Source: Allomuricauda sp. (GTDB lineage: Bacteria > Bacteroidota > Bacteroidia > Flavobacteriales > Flavobacteriaceae). Taken from it: a stretch of DNA of 64,000 nucleotides. Both the position numbers and the translations under genes were made by a program. Below, in pieces: positions 37,995-48,258 of the stretch (positions are counted from its first letter, which is position 1; each line of letters begins with the position of its first letter). The stretch is taken from the NCBI GenBank assembly GCA_040285615.1, contig JAVJRL010000012.1:765257-829256 (forward strand), given 5' to 3'. The notes below the pieces were generated by a model, which saw nothing but the letters and a program-made list of their open reading frames with translations, was not told the origin of the DNA and ran no database searches.

Positions 37995-38723
37995 TTATTG
38001 CAATGCTAAAGCAACCCAAGCCGCTATTGATGCTCCCAAAATAGGTCCTACAATGGGTATCCAAGCATAGTTCCAACCATTACTTCCCTTATTTTTTAAG
38101 GGCAATAGCGCATGAACAATACGTGGTCCTAAATCCCTGGCCGGGTTTATTGCATAGCCAGTCGTGCCCCCCAAAGAAAGCCCAATGCCCCAAACAATGA
38201 GGGAGACAGGTAAGGCTCCCAAAGAACCCAATCCGATAATAGCATTGTCGGTGGATAACACTGCATCCGTAAAATAAAGTACGGAAAACACTAGTACAAA
38301 CGTGCCCAATATCTCGGAAAAAAGATTGGAAAAAGTATTGGGTATGGCAGGAGCGGTGCAAAAGACACCTCTTTTGGTACCGCCATCCTCTGTGGCATCA
38401 AAATGTTTTTTGTTCACGAGCCAAACGCAGAATGCGGCAAACATGGCCCCGATAAACTGAGCCATAATATAGCTAGGAACTTCACTCCATGGAAATTCAC
38501 CAGCAACAGCAAGCCCAATGCTAACTGCAGGGTTTATATGTGCACCGCTATAGGGCCCCGCAACAACAACACCGGTGTATACGGCAAATGCCCAACCGGT
38601 AGTAATTACAATCCAGCCAGAGCCATTACCGTAGGTTTTTTGTAGTGAGACATTAGCATTTACGCCACATCCGAGTACCATCAACAAAAAAGTACCTACA
38701 ATTTCAGATACAAAAGGAGTCAT
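37995..38723 (-). CDS. glpF: MIP-family glycerol uptake facilitator
   Basis: Two NPA boxes are present (HINPAVS and INPARD) within six hydrophobic helices. It is adjacent to glpK. Confidence 0.9.
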   Translation of the reverse strand: MTPFVSEIVGTFLLMVLGCGVNANVSLQKTYGNGSGWIVITTGWAFAVYTGVVVAGPYSGAHINPAVSIGLAVAGEFPWSEVPSYIMAQFIGAMFAAFCVWLVNKKHFDATEDGGTKRGVFCTAPAIPNTFSNLFSEILGTFVLVFSVLYFTDAVLSTDNAIIGLGSLGALPVSLIVWGIGLSLGGTTGYAINPARDLGPRIVHALLPLKNKGSNGWNYAWIPIVGPILGASIAAWVALALQ

Positions 38724-38761
38724 ATATATGGAATGTTAGTGTTTAAACTGTTTTGAAATTT

Positions 38762-40258
38762 TTAAGGGTTCTCCGTCCAAAATTCAAGTGCTTTGATGGC
38801 CTTGTACCAACCTTTTATACCTTCATTGATGGCTTCTCGCTCTTTGGTAGGATTAAAATGCACATCGGTTTGCCAAATATCTTGAATTTCCTCCGGGCTT
38901 TCCCAATAACCAACGGCCAGCCCCGCCAAATATGCAGCGCCCATTACCGTTGTTTCCACAACTTTTGGCCGAACTGTAACGGTATTCAATACATCGGCCT
39001 GAAACTGCATCAGCATATCGTTTACAGTAGCTCCTCCATCAACTCGTAATTCTTTGATGGAAATTCCGGAATCAGCCTCCATCGCCTTGAGGATATCCAT
39101 AGTTTGGTAAGCAATGGATTCTAGAGCTGCACGTGCAATGTGGGCATCGGTACTGCCTCTGGTCAATCCAAAAATGGTTCCTTGTGCTTTTTGGTTCCAA
39201 TGGGGAGCACCCAAACCCGCAAAAGCCGGAACAAAAACTACTCCTCCCGAACTATCAACGGAACTAGCAAGTTTTTCTACTTCCGAAGAGGTTTTTATAA
39301 TGTTTAAACTGTCCCGTAGCCATTGGACCACCGCACCTGCTATAAAGATACTTCCTTCTAGTGCGTAATGGGTTTTTCCGTTGATTTTCCAAGCCACAGT
39401 GGTAAGAAGGTTATTCTTGGAAACAATAGGTTTTTCACCAATGTTCATCAGCATAAAACAACCTGTACCATAAGTGTTTTTGACCATTCCTTGTTTGGTG
39501 CACATTTGACCGAACAATGCGGCTTGTTGGTCACCCGCTATTCCTGCAATTGGAATTGGAGTGGCAAACAAATTAGGACTGGTACGGCCGTAGATCTCGC
39601 TGGACTGTTTTACTTCTGGCAGCATGGTTTTGGGAATGCTCAACAATTCCAAAAGCTCATCATCCCAATCCATGGTGTTGATGTTAAACAGCATGGTACG
39701 GCAGGCATTCGTTACATCCGAAATGTGAAGTCCTCCATCTGTCATTTTCCAAATAAGCCAAGAATCGATGGTGCCCAGCACCAAATCACCAGCTTCTGCT
39801 TTCTCTCTGGCACCTTCAACATTATCCAATATCCACTTTACTTTGGTGCCCGAGAAATAGGAATCTATGACCAATCCTGTTTTTTCACGAATCATTTCTG
39901 ATTTACCTTCTTTCTTTAATACATCACAATAATCTGCGGTACGTTTATCTTGCCAGACAATGGCATTGTAAACTGGTTCACCAGTGTTTTTGTCCCAGAC
40001 TACAACAGTTTCACGCTGGTTGGTAATACCAATGGCAGCCAATTGCGATGCCTTGAGTCCTTTTTTGCTCACAGCCTCTGCAGCCATCCCGGCTTGGGTC
40101 GACCAAATTTCATCCGGATCATGTTCTACCCATCCTGGTTTTGGAAAAATTTGGGTGAATTCTTTTTGTGCAACGGAGATTATTGTTCCCTTCTTATCGA
40201 AGACCACGGCACGGGAACTTGTGGTGCCTTGATCCAAAGCAAGGATATATTGATTCAT
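38762..40258 (-). CDS. glpK: Glycerol kinase
   Basis: [34 protein letters not shown] and [10 protein letters not shown] are present over 498 aa, the canonical FGGY kinase GlpK pattern. Confidence 0.97.
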   Translation of the reverse strand: MNQYILALDQGTTSSRAVVFDKKGTIISVAQKEFTQIFPKPGWVEHDPDEIWSTQAGMAAEAVSKKGLKASQLAAIGITNQRETVVVWDKNTGEPVYNAIVWQDKRTADYCDVLKKEGKSEMIREKTGLVIDSYFSGTKVKWILDNVEGAREKAEAGDLVLGTIDSWLIWKMTDGGLHISDVTNACRTMLFNINTMDWDDELLELLSIPKTMLPEVKQSSEIYGRTSPNLFATPIPIAGIAGDQQAALFGQMCTKQGMVKNTYGTGCFMLMNIGEKPIVSKNNLLTTVAWKINGKTHYALEGSIFIAGAVVQWLRDSLNIIKTSSEVEKLASSVDSSGGVVFVPAFAGLGAPHWNQKAQGTIFGLTRGSTDAHIARAALESIAYQTMDILKAMEADSGISIKELRVDGGATVNDMLMQFQADVLNTVTVRPKVVETTVMGAAYLAGLAVGYWESPEEIQDIWQTDVHFNPTKEREAINEGIKGWYKAIKALEFWTENP

Positions 40259-40318
40259 TTTGTTAATTTAAATGCGTCTGAATTTAATAAAATTAATCAG
40301 AGTAAAGAATCAATTAAC

Positions 40319-40858
40319 ATGTCAAAAACCTTCATTGCCCTTTTGAGGGGAATAAATGTAAGCGGTCAAAAGAAGATTGAAATGGCCAAGTTGAGAGTCG
40401 TTTTGGAAGATTCAGGACTTCATAATGTTCAAACATATATTCAAAGTGGAAATATTGTTTTTGAAAGTGAACAGGCTGATAAGGAGGAACTTCAGCGAAT
40501 AATTGTTGCTGCCATCCACCAGCATTTTGGATTTGATGTGCCGACTTTGGTGATTGAGGAAAAAGATATCGGACAAATTCTAGATGCTAATCCGTTTGCC
40601 CATGAAGGTGAAGAGAACAAATTGTACTATGTTTTGCTTAAAAATCCACCAGAAAAAGAATTGGTGAAACAGTTTAAGCAGCTTCATTTTCAAAATGAAG
40701 ATTTCCATATTGCCGATACCTGTATGTATTTACTTTGTAAAAATGGGTACGGAAGGGCAAAACTCAATAATAATCTTGTTGAAAAGAAGCTGAGAGTGGA
40801 AGCAACAACTCGAAATCAGAAAACTATGAAAAAATTACTGGAAATGATTTCGAATTAA
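40319..40858 (+). CDS. DUF1697 domain-containing protein
   Basis: ORF 39950..40858 is an antisense extension into glpK. The ATG at 40319 gives MSKTFIALLRGINVSGQKKIEMAKLR, the hallmark DUF1697 N-terminus. Confidence 0.8.
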   Translation: MSKTFIALLRGINVSGQKKIEMAKLRVVLEDSGLHNVQTYIQSGNIVFESEQADKEELQRIIVAAIHQHFGFDVPTLVIEEKDIGQILDANPFAHEGEENKLYYVLLKNPPEKELVKQFKQLHFQNEDFHIADTCMYLLCKNGYGRAKLNNNLVEKKLRVEATTRNQKTMKKLLEMISN

Positions 40859-41331
40859 CCGTTAAGCTCCCAAATCTTATAATTCAGTGCAGAGGCAAAG
40901 GCAACCCAAAGCACATAGGGAATCATCAAAAGCGCAGCGGGCTTACTGATTACTTTGAACCATTTAATGGTAAGGATGATCATTGTTAATAAAGCTAGAA
41001 TAACCACCATTCCTCCAAGTGGATTTTTAAGTCCAAAGAAGACAATACTCCAAAGCGCATTGAGCAATAACTGAAAAACAAAATGATAAAGCGCTGTCTT
41101 TACCCAAATATGATGATAGCCTTTGGACCAAACGATTCCGGCGGCAACCCCCATCATAATATATAAGGCTGTCCAAACAGGTGCAAAAAGGTAGTTAGGT
41201 GGGGTGAACGATGGTTTGTTCAGCGTAACATACCAGTCGTTAACAGAGCTTTGGGTCGCTATGCCGGAAAGGAATCCAATGGCGAGGCAGACCAAAACGC
41301 TTAGGGCTATATAGGGAATTCTTTTTTTCAT
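40855..41331 (-). CDS. tspO: TspO/MBR family tryptophan-rich sensory protein
   Basis: 158 aa with five TM helices. Motifs are WYVTLNKPSFTPPNYLFAPVWTALYIMMGVA and NALWSIVFFG. Confidence 0.9.
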   Translation of the reverse strand: MKKRIPYIALSVLVCLAIGFLSGIATQSSVNDWYVTLNKPSFTPPNYLFAPVWTALYIMMGVAAGIVWSKGYHHIWVKTALYHFVFQLLLNALWSIVFFGLKNPLGGMVVILALLTMIILTIKWFKVISKPAALLMIPYVLWVAFASALNYKIWELNG

Positions 41332-41424
41332 GGTTGGCGCAACTTCGACTAAAATAAGAATTTATTTCAATCCGATTTCCAGTAAGTTTGCCGCTGCTTA
41401 TATTTGCTCAAATATCCACGCCCA

Positions 41425-42510
41425 ATGACGGAAAAAGATTTTTTGCCCGGCGCTTACCAAAAATTCCCGGAAAATGGTAAAGTAACATGGAAAGCACCCA
41501 GCAATATTGCCCTCGTAAAATATTGGGGAAAAAGACCGGTTCAGATTCCGGCCAATCCATCCCTAAGTTTTACTTTGGATACTTGTGCGACCACAACTTC
41601 CGTTTCTTTTGAGGAAAAGGATGCCAATGATATACTTTCCTTTGATTTGTTTTTTGAGGGAAAGCCCAAGGACGATTTTAAACCCAAAATCCGGACTTTT
41701 TTGGAACGGATTGAGAGGTATGTGCCTTTTTTGAAGAAGTATCATTTTACTATCGAGACATCCAATTCTTTTCCCCACAGCAGCGGAATTGCCTCTTCTG
41801 CCAGTGGAATGGCAGCCCTTTCCTTGTGTTTGATGGATATTGAAAAACAACTGAACCCAACTATGGATGAAGCACTGTTTTACGCTAAGGCGTCATATTT
41901 GGCCCGTTTGGGGTCGGGAAGTGCCTGTCGAAGTATCAAAAGCAATCTGGTACAATGGGGTGAACATGGGAACATTCCCAATAGTTCCGACCTGTACGGC
42001 ATTGAATATCCGTTTGATGTGGATCCAGTTTTTAAAAGCTATTGTGATACCATTTTATTGGTGCACAAAGGACAGAAACAGGTAAGCAGCACGGTGGGAC
42101 ATCAATTGATGCACGAACATCCTTATGCCGAAAATAGATTTCAACAGGCATTTTCCAATTTAGATAAGCTAAAGCCTATTTTGGCAAATGGTGATTTGGA
42201 AGGATTCATCAAACTAGTGGAGAGTGAAGCGTTGACTTTGCATGCCATGATGATGACCAGCATGCCTTATTTTATATTGATGAAACCGGATACGCTGGAA
42301 ATTATCAATAAAATTTGGAAGTTTAGAGAAGAAACCAAAACGCCTGTTTGTTTTACGCTCGATGCTGGAGCCAACGTACATATGCTTTACCCTTCATCAG
42401 CAAAGGAAAAAGTATTGGGTTTTATTCAGGATAAGTTGATTGAACATTGTGAAAATGGCCAGTATATTCATGATCGAGTGGGGGTGGGTGCAATCAAAAT
42501 AAACGGTTAA
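41425..42510 (+). CDS. mvaD: Diphosphomevalonate decarboxylase
   Basis: ORF 41404 starts at TTG and the ATG is at 41425. Motifs are APSNIALVKYWGKR and the GHMP motif FPHSSGIASSASGMAAL, plus ARLGSGSACRS. Confidence 0.9.
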   Translation: MTEKDFLPGAYQKFPENGKVTWKAPSNIALVKYWGKRPVQIPANPSLSFTLDTCATTTSVSFEEKDANDILSFDLFFEGKPKDDFKPKIRTFLERIERYVPFLKKYHFTIETSNSFPHSSGIASSASGMAALSLCLMDIEKQLNPTMDEALFYAKASYLARLGSGSACRSIKSNLVQWGEHGNIPNSSDLYGIEYPFDVDPVFKSYCDTILLVHKGQKQVSSTVGHQLMHEHPYAENRFQQAFSNLDKLKPILANGDLEGFIKLVESEALTLHAMMMTSMPYFILMKPDTLEIINKIWKFREETKTPVCFTLDAGANVHMLYPSSAKEKVLGFIQDKLIEHCENGQYIHDRVGVGAIKING

Positions 42511-42515
42511 AAATG

Positions 42516-42535
42516 AACAGCTAAGCTGTTTTTTT
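42516..42535 (+). terminator. Rho-independent terminator after mvaD
   Basis: The stem aacagc / gctgtt has a 3-nt loop and is followed by TTTTT. It starts 6 nt after the stop codon. Confidence 0.6.
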
Positions 42536-42650
42536 ACGTTATTTGCCTAGATTTTAGACCATGTAAAACAGGTTTTAAAGACAAAATCGATTTGTTTATC
42601 GAATTTTATCAAATATTAAACAAAATTTGTTTGTATCTTAGCAGTACCAT

Positions 42651-43589
42651 ATGAAAGGTCCATTATTTTATTCCAAGATTTTATTGTTCGGTGAGTACGG
42701 CATTATTAAAGACTCCAAAGGACTTTCTATACCCTATAATTTTTTCAAAGGAGCGCTTAAATGGGACAAGAACCATTCCGAAATGGCGCAAAAATCCAAT
42801 AAAAGTCTAAAGGCTTATGCTAAGTATTTGAAAGTACTTGAGCTCAAAGAAGAAGGCTTGGTTTCTTTTGATATCGAAGCGTTGGAAAAGGATGTGGCCG
42901 ATGGAATGTATTTTGACAGTTCAATTCCGCAAGGATACGGGATTGGAAGTAGTGGTGCTTTGGTTGCTGCTATATACGACCGGTATGCTACGGACAAAAT
43001 CACGGTTTTGGAAAATTTGACCCGCAAAAAATTGCTTCAGTTGAAGAAGATTTTCGGGAAAATGGAATCTTTCTTCCATGGGAAATCCTCTGGATTGGAT
43101 CCATTGAACAGTTATTTGAGCTTACCGATTCTTATTAATTCCAAGGACAATATCGAATCTACCAGTATTCCTTCACAAAATACTGAAGGAAAAGGTGCCG
43201 TATTTCTATTGGACAGTGGGATGACGGGTGAAACCGCACCCATGGTTCAATTGTTTATGGAGAACATGAAGCAGGAAGGTTTCCGGAATATGATTAAGGA
43301 TCAGTTTATAAAACATACAGATGCCTGTGTTGAGGACTTCTTGAACGGCAACGTAAAATCGTTGTTTGGTAATTTAAAGCAACTTTCGCACGTGGTTTTT
43401 GATCATTTCAAGCCAATGATTCCATCTAAGTTCCACCAACTTTGGCAAAGGGGAATAGAGACCAATGATTACTACCTTAAACTTTGTGGTTCTGGTGGAG
43501 GAGGATACATTTTAGGCTTTACCCAGGATCTGGAAAAGGCCAAAAAGTCACTTGAAGGCCATACTTTGGAAGTAGTTTACAACTTCTAA
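42651..43589 (+). CDS. GHMP-family kinase, probable mevalonate kinase
   Basis: KILLFGEYGIIKDSKGLSIPY is present, along with the GHMP ATP motif PQGYGIGSSGALVAAIY and the C-terminal KLCGSGGGGYILGF. It is next to mvaD. Confidence 0.75.
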   Translation: MKGPLFYSKILLFGEYGIIKDSKGLSIPYNFFKGALKWDKNHSEMAQKSNKSLKAYAKYLKVLELKEEGLVSFDIEALEKDVADGMYFDSSIPQGYGIGSSGALVAAIYDRYATDKITVLENLTRKKLLQLKKIFGKMESFFHGKSSGLDPLNSYLSLPILINSKDNIESTSIPSQNTEGKGAVFLLDSGMTGETAPMVQLFMENMKQEGFRNMIKDQFIKHTDACVEDFLNGNVKSLFGNLKQLSHVVFDHFKPMIPSKFHQLWQRGIETNDYYLKLCGSGGGGYILGFTQDLEKAKKSLEGHTLEVVYNF

Positions 43590-43598
43590 AACAAACTC

Positions 43599-44504
43599 AT
43601 GCTTAGTAGAAAAAACAAACTCTTGCTTTTTAAGCTGTTGAGTCTGTTTTCTGTGGTTCGAGGTTATAATATTTTGGTGATTACCTTGGCGCAGTACTTG
43701 GCATCCATCTACATTTTGGCCCCCAATATTCCAATACGGAATGTTATTCTGGATCTAAATCTGTTTTTAATCGTCACCGCTTCTGCACTTACGATTGCCA
43801 GCGGGTACATCATCAATAATTTTTACGATGCCGAAAAAGACCTAATCAACAAGCCTACTAAAAGCATGCTGGACCGTTTAGTGAGCCAACGATTTAAACT
43901 CACCACCTATTTTATACTCAATTTTTTAGCGGCTTTTGCGGCTAGTTATATTTCGTTTAGGGCAGTTTTGTTTTTCTCGGCCTATATTTTTGGTATCTGG
44001 ATTTACTCCCATAAACTAAAGCGTATACCTTTTGTGGGCAATTTGGTGTCTTCTACTTTGGCCATTGCCCCATTTTTTGTGGTATTTGTATATTATAAAA
44101 ACTTCCAAACGGTAATTTTTGTGCACGCCATTTTTCTTTTCTTATTGATTTTGGCCCGTGAAATGATCAAAGATTTGGAAACCATGCCAGGTGATATGGC
44201 CCAGAACTATAAGACCATTCCCATTATTTATGGTCCGAACGTATCAAAATCCATCATTACCTTGTTAATTACGTTAACCTTGATTCCTGCCCTTTTGCTT
44301 ATCAGAATCTTTGATGTTGGATATATGTACCTGTATTTTATGGCATGTATTGCGCTTTTGATTTTTTTCTTGGTTTTATTGTGGAAAGCAGGTGCTAAAA
44401 GGCATTACGTTTGGCTACACAATATCATCAAATTTATTATTGTGGCTGGGGTTATCAGTATCCTTTTAATCGATGTGGATGTGGTGCTGAACCGAATTTT
44501 GTAA
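43599..44504 (+). CDS. UbiA-family prenyltransferase (DGGGP-synthase-like)
   Basis: About 8 TM helices. The first Asp-rich motif is NNFYDAEKD (NxxxDxxxD) and the second region is REMIKDLETMPGDMAQNYKT. Confidence 0.85.
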   Translation: MLSRKNKLLLFKLLSLFSVVRGYNILVITLAQYLASIYILAPNIPIRNVILDLNLFLIVTASALTIASGYIINNFYDAEKDLINKPTKSMLDRLVSQRFKLTTYFILNFLAAFAASYISFRAVLFFSAYIFGIWIYSHKLKRIPFVGNLVSSTLAIAPFFVVFVYYKNFQTVIFVHAIFLFLLILAREMIKDLETMPGDMAQNYKTIPIIYGPNVSKSIITLLITLTLIPALLLIRIFDVGYMYLYFMACIALLIFFLVLLWKAGAKRHYVWLHNIIKFIIVAGVISILLIDVDVVLNRIL

Positions 44505-44564
44505 TTCTTTGTTCTTTAGGTTTTTTGGAACTTAAAAAGACTACATTTGCAAAAAATTCGACTG

Positions 44565-45407
44565 ATGGCGAAATCAGACAATAACAGAGGTAGTAGACCT
44601 TCCAAAAACTTCAAGGGCGGTGACAGAAAAAAACCGTTTGACAAAAAATTTTCTTCAAAGCCAAAGCAGAGCGAACCTCATAAAAAATCCAACCCTGATG
44701 AAATTCGGTTGAACCGCTATATTGCCAATGCCGGTATCTGTTCCCGAAGGGAGGCGGATACCTTTATTGCAGCTGGGAGTGTTACGGTAAATGGGAAAAC
44801 GGTAACCGAAATGGGTTTTAAGGTAAAACGTTCCGATGATGTCCGTTTTGATGGCAAACGACTCAATCTGGAGAAGAAGGAGTACATTCTGCTAAACAAA
44901 CCCAAGAATTTTATCACTACTACCAGTGATGAAAAAGGGCGTCGTACTGTAATGGAGTTAATATCCAGCGCCTCAAACAATCGCTTGTTGCCAGTAGGTC
45001 GTTTGGATAGGAATACTACTGGACTTTTACTATTCACCAACGACGGTGACCTTACCAAAAAATTGACTCATCCCAAGCATAATGTACGCAAAATTTACCA
45101 TGTACATTTGGACAATAACCTAAGTTTGGCGGATCTGCACAAAATAGAGGCTGGTCTCGAATTAGAAGATGGACCAATTGCCGTAGATGGTGTTAGTTTT
45201 ATACAAGGGGCACCCAAACGCGAGGTGGGAGTGGAGATCCATAGCGGGCGTAACCGTATTGTACGTCGTATCTTTGAGCATTTGGGCTACAACGTTACCA
45301 AATTGGACCGCGTTATTTTTGCAGGACTTACCAAAAAAGATCTACCACGTGGCCATTGGAGACATTTAACCGAGCAGGAGATAATTAATTTGAAGAATAT
45401 AAAGTGA
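44565..45407 (+). CDS. Pseudouridine synthase, RsuA/RluB family, with basic N-terminal tail
   Basis: ORF 44547 starts at TTG and the ATG is at 44565. The S4 domain is IRLNRYIANAGICSRREADTFI and the catalytic motif is GRLDRNTTGLLLFTNDG. Confidence 0.9.
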   Translation: MAKSDNNRGSRPSKNFKGGDRKKPFDKKFSSKPKQSEPHKKSNPDEIRLNRYIANAGICSRREADTFIAAGSVTVNGKTVTEMGFKVKRSDDVRFDGKRLNLEKKEYILLNKPKNFITTTSDEKGRRTVMELISSASNNRLLPVGRLDRNTTGLLLFTNDGDLTKKLTHPKHNVRKIYHVHLDNNLSLADLHKIEAGLELEDGPIAVDGVSFIQGAPKREVGVEIHSGRNRIVRRIFEHLGYNVTKLDRVIFAGLTKKDLPRGHWRHLTEQEIINLKNIK

Positions 45408-45517
45408 TTTCTTTAGGGATTGATTGTTAAAGAGAGGCTTATTGGTTTTGTATAACCCACAGATGCAGTTATATAAGGTTTAAGTTTAGTCCATTAGGAT
45501 TTGATTTTGCCTTAATA

Positions 45518-45802
45518 CTATTTCATATCCAAATGAATTCCTTGTAAGAGGAAATCAATCAAGCCTTCCCAGTCTAGGATTGCCCAGAGGATGGGAAAAA
45601 CAAATAGTAAGTAAATTATAATGTAACCTACTCTGGTCCTTTTTAGGAAACTAATAAGGAAATATACAAGAAGATAATACAGAAACAGGAAGCCAAAAGC
45701 AATACTAAAAATTGGCATAAACCCACCTAAGAATAGTGAGGCAAGAGTACTTGCCAGAAGCAGTATCAGTATTATTTTGGTTGTAGCTTTTATTTTGTTC
45801 AT
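45518..45802 (-). CDS. Small hypothetical membrane protein (3 TM helices)
   Basis: 94-aa ORF, strongly hydrophobic (IILILLLASTLASLFLGGFMPIFSIAFGFLFLYYLLVYFLI). No family recognised. Confidence 0.4.
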   Translation of the reverse strand: MNKIKATTKIILILLLASTLASLFLGGFMPIFSIAFGFLFLYYLLVYFLISFLKRTRVGYIIIYLLFVFPILWAILDWEGLIDFLLQGIHLDMK

Positions 45803-45936
45803 TATCCTTGCCCAATGGTTCTGTTTCGAGGAATGTGCCTGGTTAAGATCGATAATTTATTTTGATAGTACTATTGATAATTGATAAATACACCTTTCGG
45901 GTTGATGGATTGAAGTTTACAGGTGGGTTTTAACAC

Positions 45937-48126
45937 TCACCGATTAAACCAATACGTAAATTTGAGCGTCAACGACCATAAATTACCTTCGAGTGGTGAT
46001 AATTGTTCGTTGTTGTTAAAAACCAAAAATAGGTCGGATGCAGGGGCATAGCGCCATTGCAATCTGGAGTTGATGCCAAAATTGTTGCTCTGTTCATTGT
46101 ATTGGAACAGCGTATTCCAAAAGAGTTTATTGGTAAAGGTAATGTCCGCCTCGGTACCCACGAGCCAAAAATCGGTGGTGTACCACGGTTCAGGTAAATC
46201 CAAATTATTGTAGCTCAGGTTGGCACCCAAACTCACGTAGGGTTGAAAACGGTAGCCCAATTGTGCATTTATATTGGTTCGGTATCCACCAGAAAAGTAA
46301 CGTCCCAGTCTAGTGGTCATATTATAAGTAAACAAACTTTTAGGACGGGAATTGTATTGCAAATAAACCCCGTTCCAATGATGTTGCGTACCTGCCGCCA
46401 ATTCCTCTTTTCCAGTGTTGGTAGGGTCAAAAGGGGCCAAGAGCTGAACATATTCGTTAAAAACATCAACCCCCAAAGAGCTACGATCGATAAAATTTAC
46501 CGCATACCCTACAATAGACACATAGTCGGTGGAGTTCATGCTTGGGTCGAAATAATAAAACCCGGTGTACTGTGGACCATGGCTAACCACTTTTTCACTC
46601 GCGGGCAGAAATAGATAACCTACGGAACCTTCCAACTTGATGTAATTATTCCGTGGTACAAAACCCACTTCAGAGGTAAAGTTTTCGGAAATATATTCTT
46701 GTTGTACCCGCCAATTCCATTTTCTGCTCCTATATTCCAAATGCGCACCTTGCGCAAAACCATTGTAAGATGAATCGGGCCCAAACGATTTGAGCATAAA
46801 TGCCTTACCGTTGTATTTGTTATCGGCAGAGGCCAAATTGTATTCCAATCCAAGGTTTCTGTTAAACTTCGTGTATTCGGTTTTTAGACTATCCGCCAAA
46901 GCACTGTAATCCAACGACTCCTTGTTTACAAACATTAAGCCTATATTGGAACGGGAGAACACTTTTTGTTGCAGTGATAGTACCGCAAAGTTTTGACTGG
47001 GCAAACCTGTTTCATCCACATTGTCGGTCTGCATATCCATCAAACCCAAACGGAGGTTTCGGTTGAGGTTTCCACTTACACGGGCACCTGCGATAATGGG
47101 AACGCCCAAACCAATTCTACGTGAAAAAAAAGGACGAATGGCATCATATCCAAAACTGGCGAAGAGATCTGCATTTTCAAGGAAAAACTGTCGTCTTTCA
47201 GGGAAAAAGAGTTCAAATCGAGTTAAGTTGGCCACTTGTCTGTCTGCTTCAACCTGTGAAAAATCTGGATTTAAGGTCAAGTCTAAATTCAAAGATGAGG
47301 TGAGTCCCAATTTTACATCACCTCCCACCTTAAATTCATTGTCATAGGTAATATCATCTATACTTGAATTGCCCACCGTACCCAACACATAGGGGATAAG
47401 AGAGTAGTTGAGCCCCTGTTTGGGTGGAGGATTGTCCCAGACCATAGTGCCTGTATAGGCCAAAGAGGCCGTTGGAAACTGCCTTGGAATAGGGGTCCAG
47501 CTCGATTTTTCGTTGGTACTCAAATCCAATCTTGAAAAATTGATGCCCCATTCCTTTACATCTTTTTCATATCGAATGGATTTAAAGGGTATGGCCATTT
47601 CCACCACCCATTTATCTTCATAATTCTGTACTTCGGATACCCATTTGCTGTCCCAATTGAGGTCTATGCTCCCTCCGTTGGACATGGTACCATCCCACTG
47701 CGCTCCATAGGCGTTTGCCCCAAAGCTAAAACCAGTGGTCTGGTTGTTGAACGGGTCCATGAACAACAGGAAATTATCATTGCCCCCAAAGGAGAAATCC
47801 CTACGGAGCGATTCCACCACATAAGTATTCCCTGGGGTCTTAAAAAAAGTGGCCAAGAGATATAGCTGTTTGTTGTCATAAGCCATTTTTACCTCGGAGG
47901 GTTGGGTGGCCTTTCGGTCGTCCATGGGCAATACCATAAAAAAGTCATTGGCAGCTTCTGCTTTTTGCCATGTAGCCTCGTCTCCCTTACCGTCTATGGT
48001 AAAGGTTTCGTCGGTTTTGAACAGGTGGATTTTATAATCGGCATTTTTCTTTTGGGCAAACGAAAACGCGCAAAAGAACATAGCAAAGGCTATGAAAACG
48101 GGGGGTAAAAAGGCTCGGTAGATCAT
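45937..48126 (-). CDS. CBM9-like/DUF5916 domain-containing outer-membrane-type protein
   Basis: ORF extends to 48174. The ATG at 48126 gives the signal MIYRAFLPPVFIAFAMFFCAFSFAQ. The N-terminal IDGKGDEATWQKAEAANDFF is CBM9-like. The long beta-rich C-terminus ends in TLKFTYWFNR. Confidence 0.7.
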   Translation of the reverse strand: MIYRAFLPPVFIAFAMFFCAFSFAQKKNADYKIHLFKTDETFTIDGKGDEATWQKAEAANDFFMVLPMDDRKATQPSEVKMAYDNKQLYLLATFFKTPGNTYVVESLRRDFSFGGNDNFLLFMDPFNNQTTGFSFGANAYGAQWDGTMSNGGSIDLNWDSKWVSEVQNYEDKWVVEMAIPFKSIRYEKDVKEWGINFSRLDLSTNEKSSWTPIPRQFPTASLAYTGTMVWDNPPPKQGLNYSLIPYVLGTVGNSSIDDITYDNEFKVGGDVKLGLTSSLNLDLTLNPDFSQVEADRQVANLTRFELFFPERRQFFLENADLFASFGYDAIRPFFSRRIGLGVPIIAGARVSGNLNRNLRLGLMDMQTDNVDETGLPSQNFAVLSLQQKVFSRSNIGLMFVNKESLDYSALADSLKTEYTKFNRNLGLEYNLASADNKYNGKAFMLKSFGPDSSYNGFAQGAHLEYRSRKWNWRVQQEYISENFTSEVGFVPRNNYIKLEGSVGYLFLPASEKVVSHGPQYTGFYYFDPSMNSTDYVSIVGYAVNFIDRSSLGVDVFNEYVQLLAPFDPTNTGKEELAAGTQHHWNGVYLQYNSRPKSLFTYNMTTRLGRYFSGGYRTNINAQLGYRFQPYVSLGANLSYNNLDLPEPWYTTDFWLVGTEADITFTNKLFWNTLFQYNEQSNNFGINSRLQWRYAPASDLFLVFNNNEQLSPLEGNLWSLTLKFTYWFNR

Positions 48127-48258
48127 TGTTTGTTTAGTGCAGCAAAAGTAATGATTTACTTTCATTTTTAACAATAGATCATAATTGTCCCTCTTGAATT
48201 AACAAATAAATATTTTTAAGGTTAATAATTACTTATTTGGATGTAAAAAGGTGCACCA

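Noticed and set aside
39368-40318. Long plus-strand ORFs (39368..39901, 177 aa) and the first 123 codons of 39950..40858, which overlap glpK.
   Set aside because: They lie antisense to an unambiguous glycerol kinase and have low-complexity, Cys/His/Phe-rich translations with no motifs. The DUF1697 gene clearly begins at the ATG at 40319.
45408-45517. A weak AT-rich hairpin (tataac…gttata) in the convergent spacer after the pseudouridine synthase gene.
   Set aside because: It has a 6-bp A/T-rich stem, an 11-nt loop and no U-tract, which is not convincing as a terminator.
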